Shown here piece by piece: positions 62,001-64,000 of a stretch of 64,000 nucleotides of DNA. The translations under genes and the position numbers were made by a program. Source of the DNA: Marsupella aquatica (Eukaryota > Plantae > Marchantiophyta); contig OZ316892.1 in the NCBI GenBank assembly GCA_973895155.1, positions 12,464,238 to 12,528,237 on the forward strand. Direction: 5' to 3'. Every line of letters starts with the position of its first letter. Position 1 is the stretch's first letter. The notes under the pieces are model-generated. The model did no database searches. It was not told the DNA's origin and saw only the letters and a list, made by a program, of their open reading frames with translations.

Positions 62001-62663
62001 GAAGATGCAATTGTGCACCTCGCTAAATGTAGTCGGAGTTGGCTGCATAGTTCAAGACGGTCAGCTGTGACGAACTTAAGTAGAATAGGTCACCTTAAAC
62101 CCAGACCCCAGTAAGTGTTTGAAGCATGTCTAACGAGAATTGTTCACTATAGGGAACACCATCAAACAACTTAAAAGACGATAACGATTCCCAGAGCGAC
62201 CACAGTCCCCAAGGCACGTCTCACAAAATCATCTGGAGGGAGGGAAAATGTAAAAGTACATAAATTTGTGGAATTCAACAAGTTACAACATTAACGCATC
62301 TCTGCGAACAGTTAATTTTTTTAAATGACATTTACGCATACATGCTATATTCCCCTTCAGAGTCACGGATGAGATCAACTCCTCAGTGTGCACCGTCATT
62401 CTCAGAGGACTCAGAGAGAGAGAACGTTAATTCACGAATTCAAAACGTAGAATACGTACCCTGTCTTCAGGGTGAAAGCAGGGATGAATAATCCCGTTCA
62501 TGTCGAGGTACAGATTGTCGTACTCCAACCCATTAGGGTTAGGTTTCGTGGTGTCAATTGGCACAGAGACACCCTCGATGACCTGTACTTCGTCCTCCAC
62601 ACAGTCCACCACGGTAAGCGGATACTTGTCCGCTAACCATCTATAAAATGCAGGAACACCCAT
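53067..62663 (-). CDS. XRN3: Nuclear 5'-3' exoribonuclease XRN3 (XRN2/Rat1 family), more than 20 exons
   Basis: [15 protein letters not shown]…[73 protein letters not shown], zinc knuckle [27 protein letters not shown] and [18 protein letters not shown]. 'HPEDR' and 'FDYIDRLF' resemble XRN2/3 rather than XRN4. All traced introns are GT-AG. Confidence 0.93.
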
Positions 62664-62714
62664 AGCTCCTGCTGCACCACCACCTCCAGCTCCTCACAAC
62701 AAAACTCTGAGATA

Positions 62715-62722
62715 TAGGGTTT
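62715..62722 (-). promoter_or_regulatory. Telo-box (AAACCCTA) just upstream of the XRN3 start codon
   Basis: TAGGGTTT on the + strand, 52 nt upstream of the ATG. Telo-boxes are common in plant ribosome-biogenesis and RNA-processing genes. The motif is short, so chance occurrence is possible. Confidence 0.45.
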
Positions 62723-63694
62723 TCTATCCCAGCACCGCTAAGTCGGTGACTGCGCCGCAGAACGACAGCACCAACATCATCACCTCTGAGAATAACCCCT
62801 CAAAACACGACGCCAATCGTCATCCACCACTGCTTCCTCCTCGCAAGCGTCCCTCCTGCTCAGCCTGCCTTCCTCTGTCTCTCTCTTCGGTCCCTCACTT
62901 CTCGAGCCACTTCTCGAGCATCCTCAATCCTCAATCCTCAATCTCAATATGACATAAATTCTTCACGACACTTCGTACAATGGAATCGCTCCTGCGCCCA
63001 TCTCTTCGTCTCGCTGCTTCTCGCGTTCAGACGGCCTTGTCCGTCGGTTTGCTCCTTCCGTTTGCTATGCTGACAATGGGCGACCCCACCTGCGCACCCC
63101 TCGCACCCCTCCCTAGTCCCTACTGTACAGTAGGTCCCTTGCTTATTATTAATATTAGTTGGGCGTTCTTTCAACTCTTTGGGCTCTGCTCCCCAACGTA
63201 CCGGTTCTTCACATACCTCTTCGGTTCCCAAACAACTGCAAAATGGAACTAAACAACCCAAACAAAAGGGATCCCTTTGTTTTTTTGGTTGTTTTGGTTT
63301 TTTTGCAATTGTTTTGGATCCCAATCAAGGGGGGACAACAACCAAAGGGCTAACAAAAAGTCAGGGGCAAGACAACCAGAAGAACTAGAGCAGACACTAA
63401 AACCAAAACTCTAAAGTCTACCTTTTGGCAAGTTGAAGAGCCTGGTAGAGCTCCGGTATGACCTGCATAGGGGGGTCAAGCAAGTGAATCCTACTCAAGG
63501 CCCTAAAACCAACCGCCTCACCTCTACAAAGCCCCTCTTCTGTTCCCAACAATAGCAAGAAGGAACTAAAAGCCCCTGGTCGGTTCCCTACAATAGCAAA
63601 AAGGAACTAAAAGCCCTGAGAGAGGAACACAATGACAAGGGGCAACAAACTGAACAGGCTGGTAACGCTCAGGTTTGCTCGCAACCGGGTCTCA

Positions 63695-63958
63695 ATCCTC
63701 AAACCTCAAATTGTGATGGACCTTACCTCAGTAGTTAAGGTTAGGGATAGACAGAGTTATGGACTACCAAATTCATTGTCCTTAGCTTTTTGCCATAAAG
63801 GTTGGCTATGTGCCATGACCTTAAGTCAATGTATAGACTAGTGAAAGAAAACCAAAAAAAATTGTTGCTTAGACCTGTGAAAAGCTATGGTCACTTGTTT
63901 ATGGCCAAAAGCTATCATTCCCAACTTTGGATGGTTGAGATGTCCTTCAAACCCCCTA
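63695..63958. mobile_element. Diverged inverted copy of the 26885-27129 element
   Basis: GATGGACCTTACCTCAGTAGTTAAGGTTA…TATGGACTACCAA…CTTTTTGCCATAA…TGCCATGAC matches the reverse complement of about 26995-27110. Confidence 0.7.
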
Positions 63959-64000
63959 GGAAATCCCGGTAAATGTGGGTTTTTGCTCTCGAACAAAACG

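Overview
This is eukaryotic land-plant nuclear DNA (liverwort/bryophyte-like by impression only), so the supplied ORF track splits spliced genes into fragments. I reconstructed six intron-containing genes by hand: the 5' end of a mitochondrial pyruvate dehydrogenase E1-beta gene (-, runs off the left edge), a RING-H2 E3 ligase of the MBR/HIP1/RHG1A type (+), PTB3 (-), gamma-COP (+), the m6A writer MTA/METTL3 (+) and the nuclear 5'-3' exoribonuclease XRN3 (-). Intergenic DNA holds two 293-bp solo LTRs of one family with 5-bp TSDs, a Tc1/mariner-type MITE, a chain of GGG-ended MITEs, a 16-copy 94-bp tandem array with higher-order structure, a probable spliced pseudogene and many short duplications. 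I found no CRISPR array, rRNA, intact tRNA or other prokaryote-type system, and nothing I can call a new biological system. The best leads are regulatory. They are a PTB autoregulatory splicing architecture, an in-frame cassette-exon candidate in PDH-E1beta, a poison-exon candidate in XRN3, stacked uORFs and a candidate secreted Cys-rich repeat peptide. All are sequence-based hypotheses. Identities come from recalled family sequences, not database searches.
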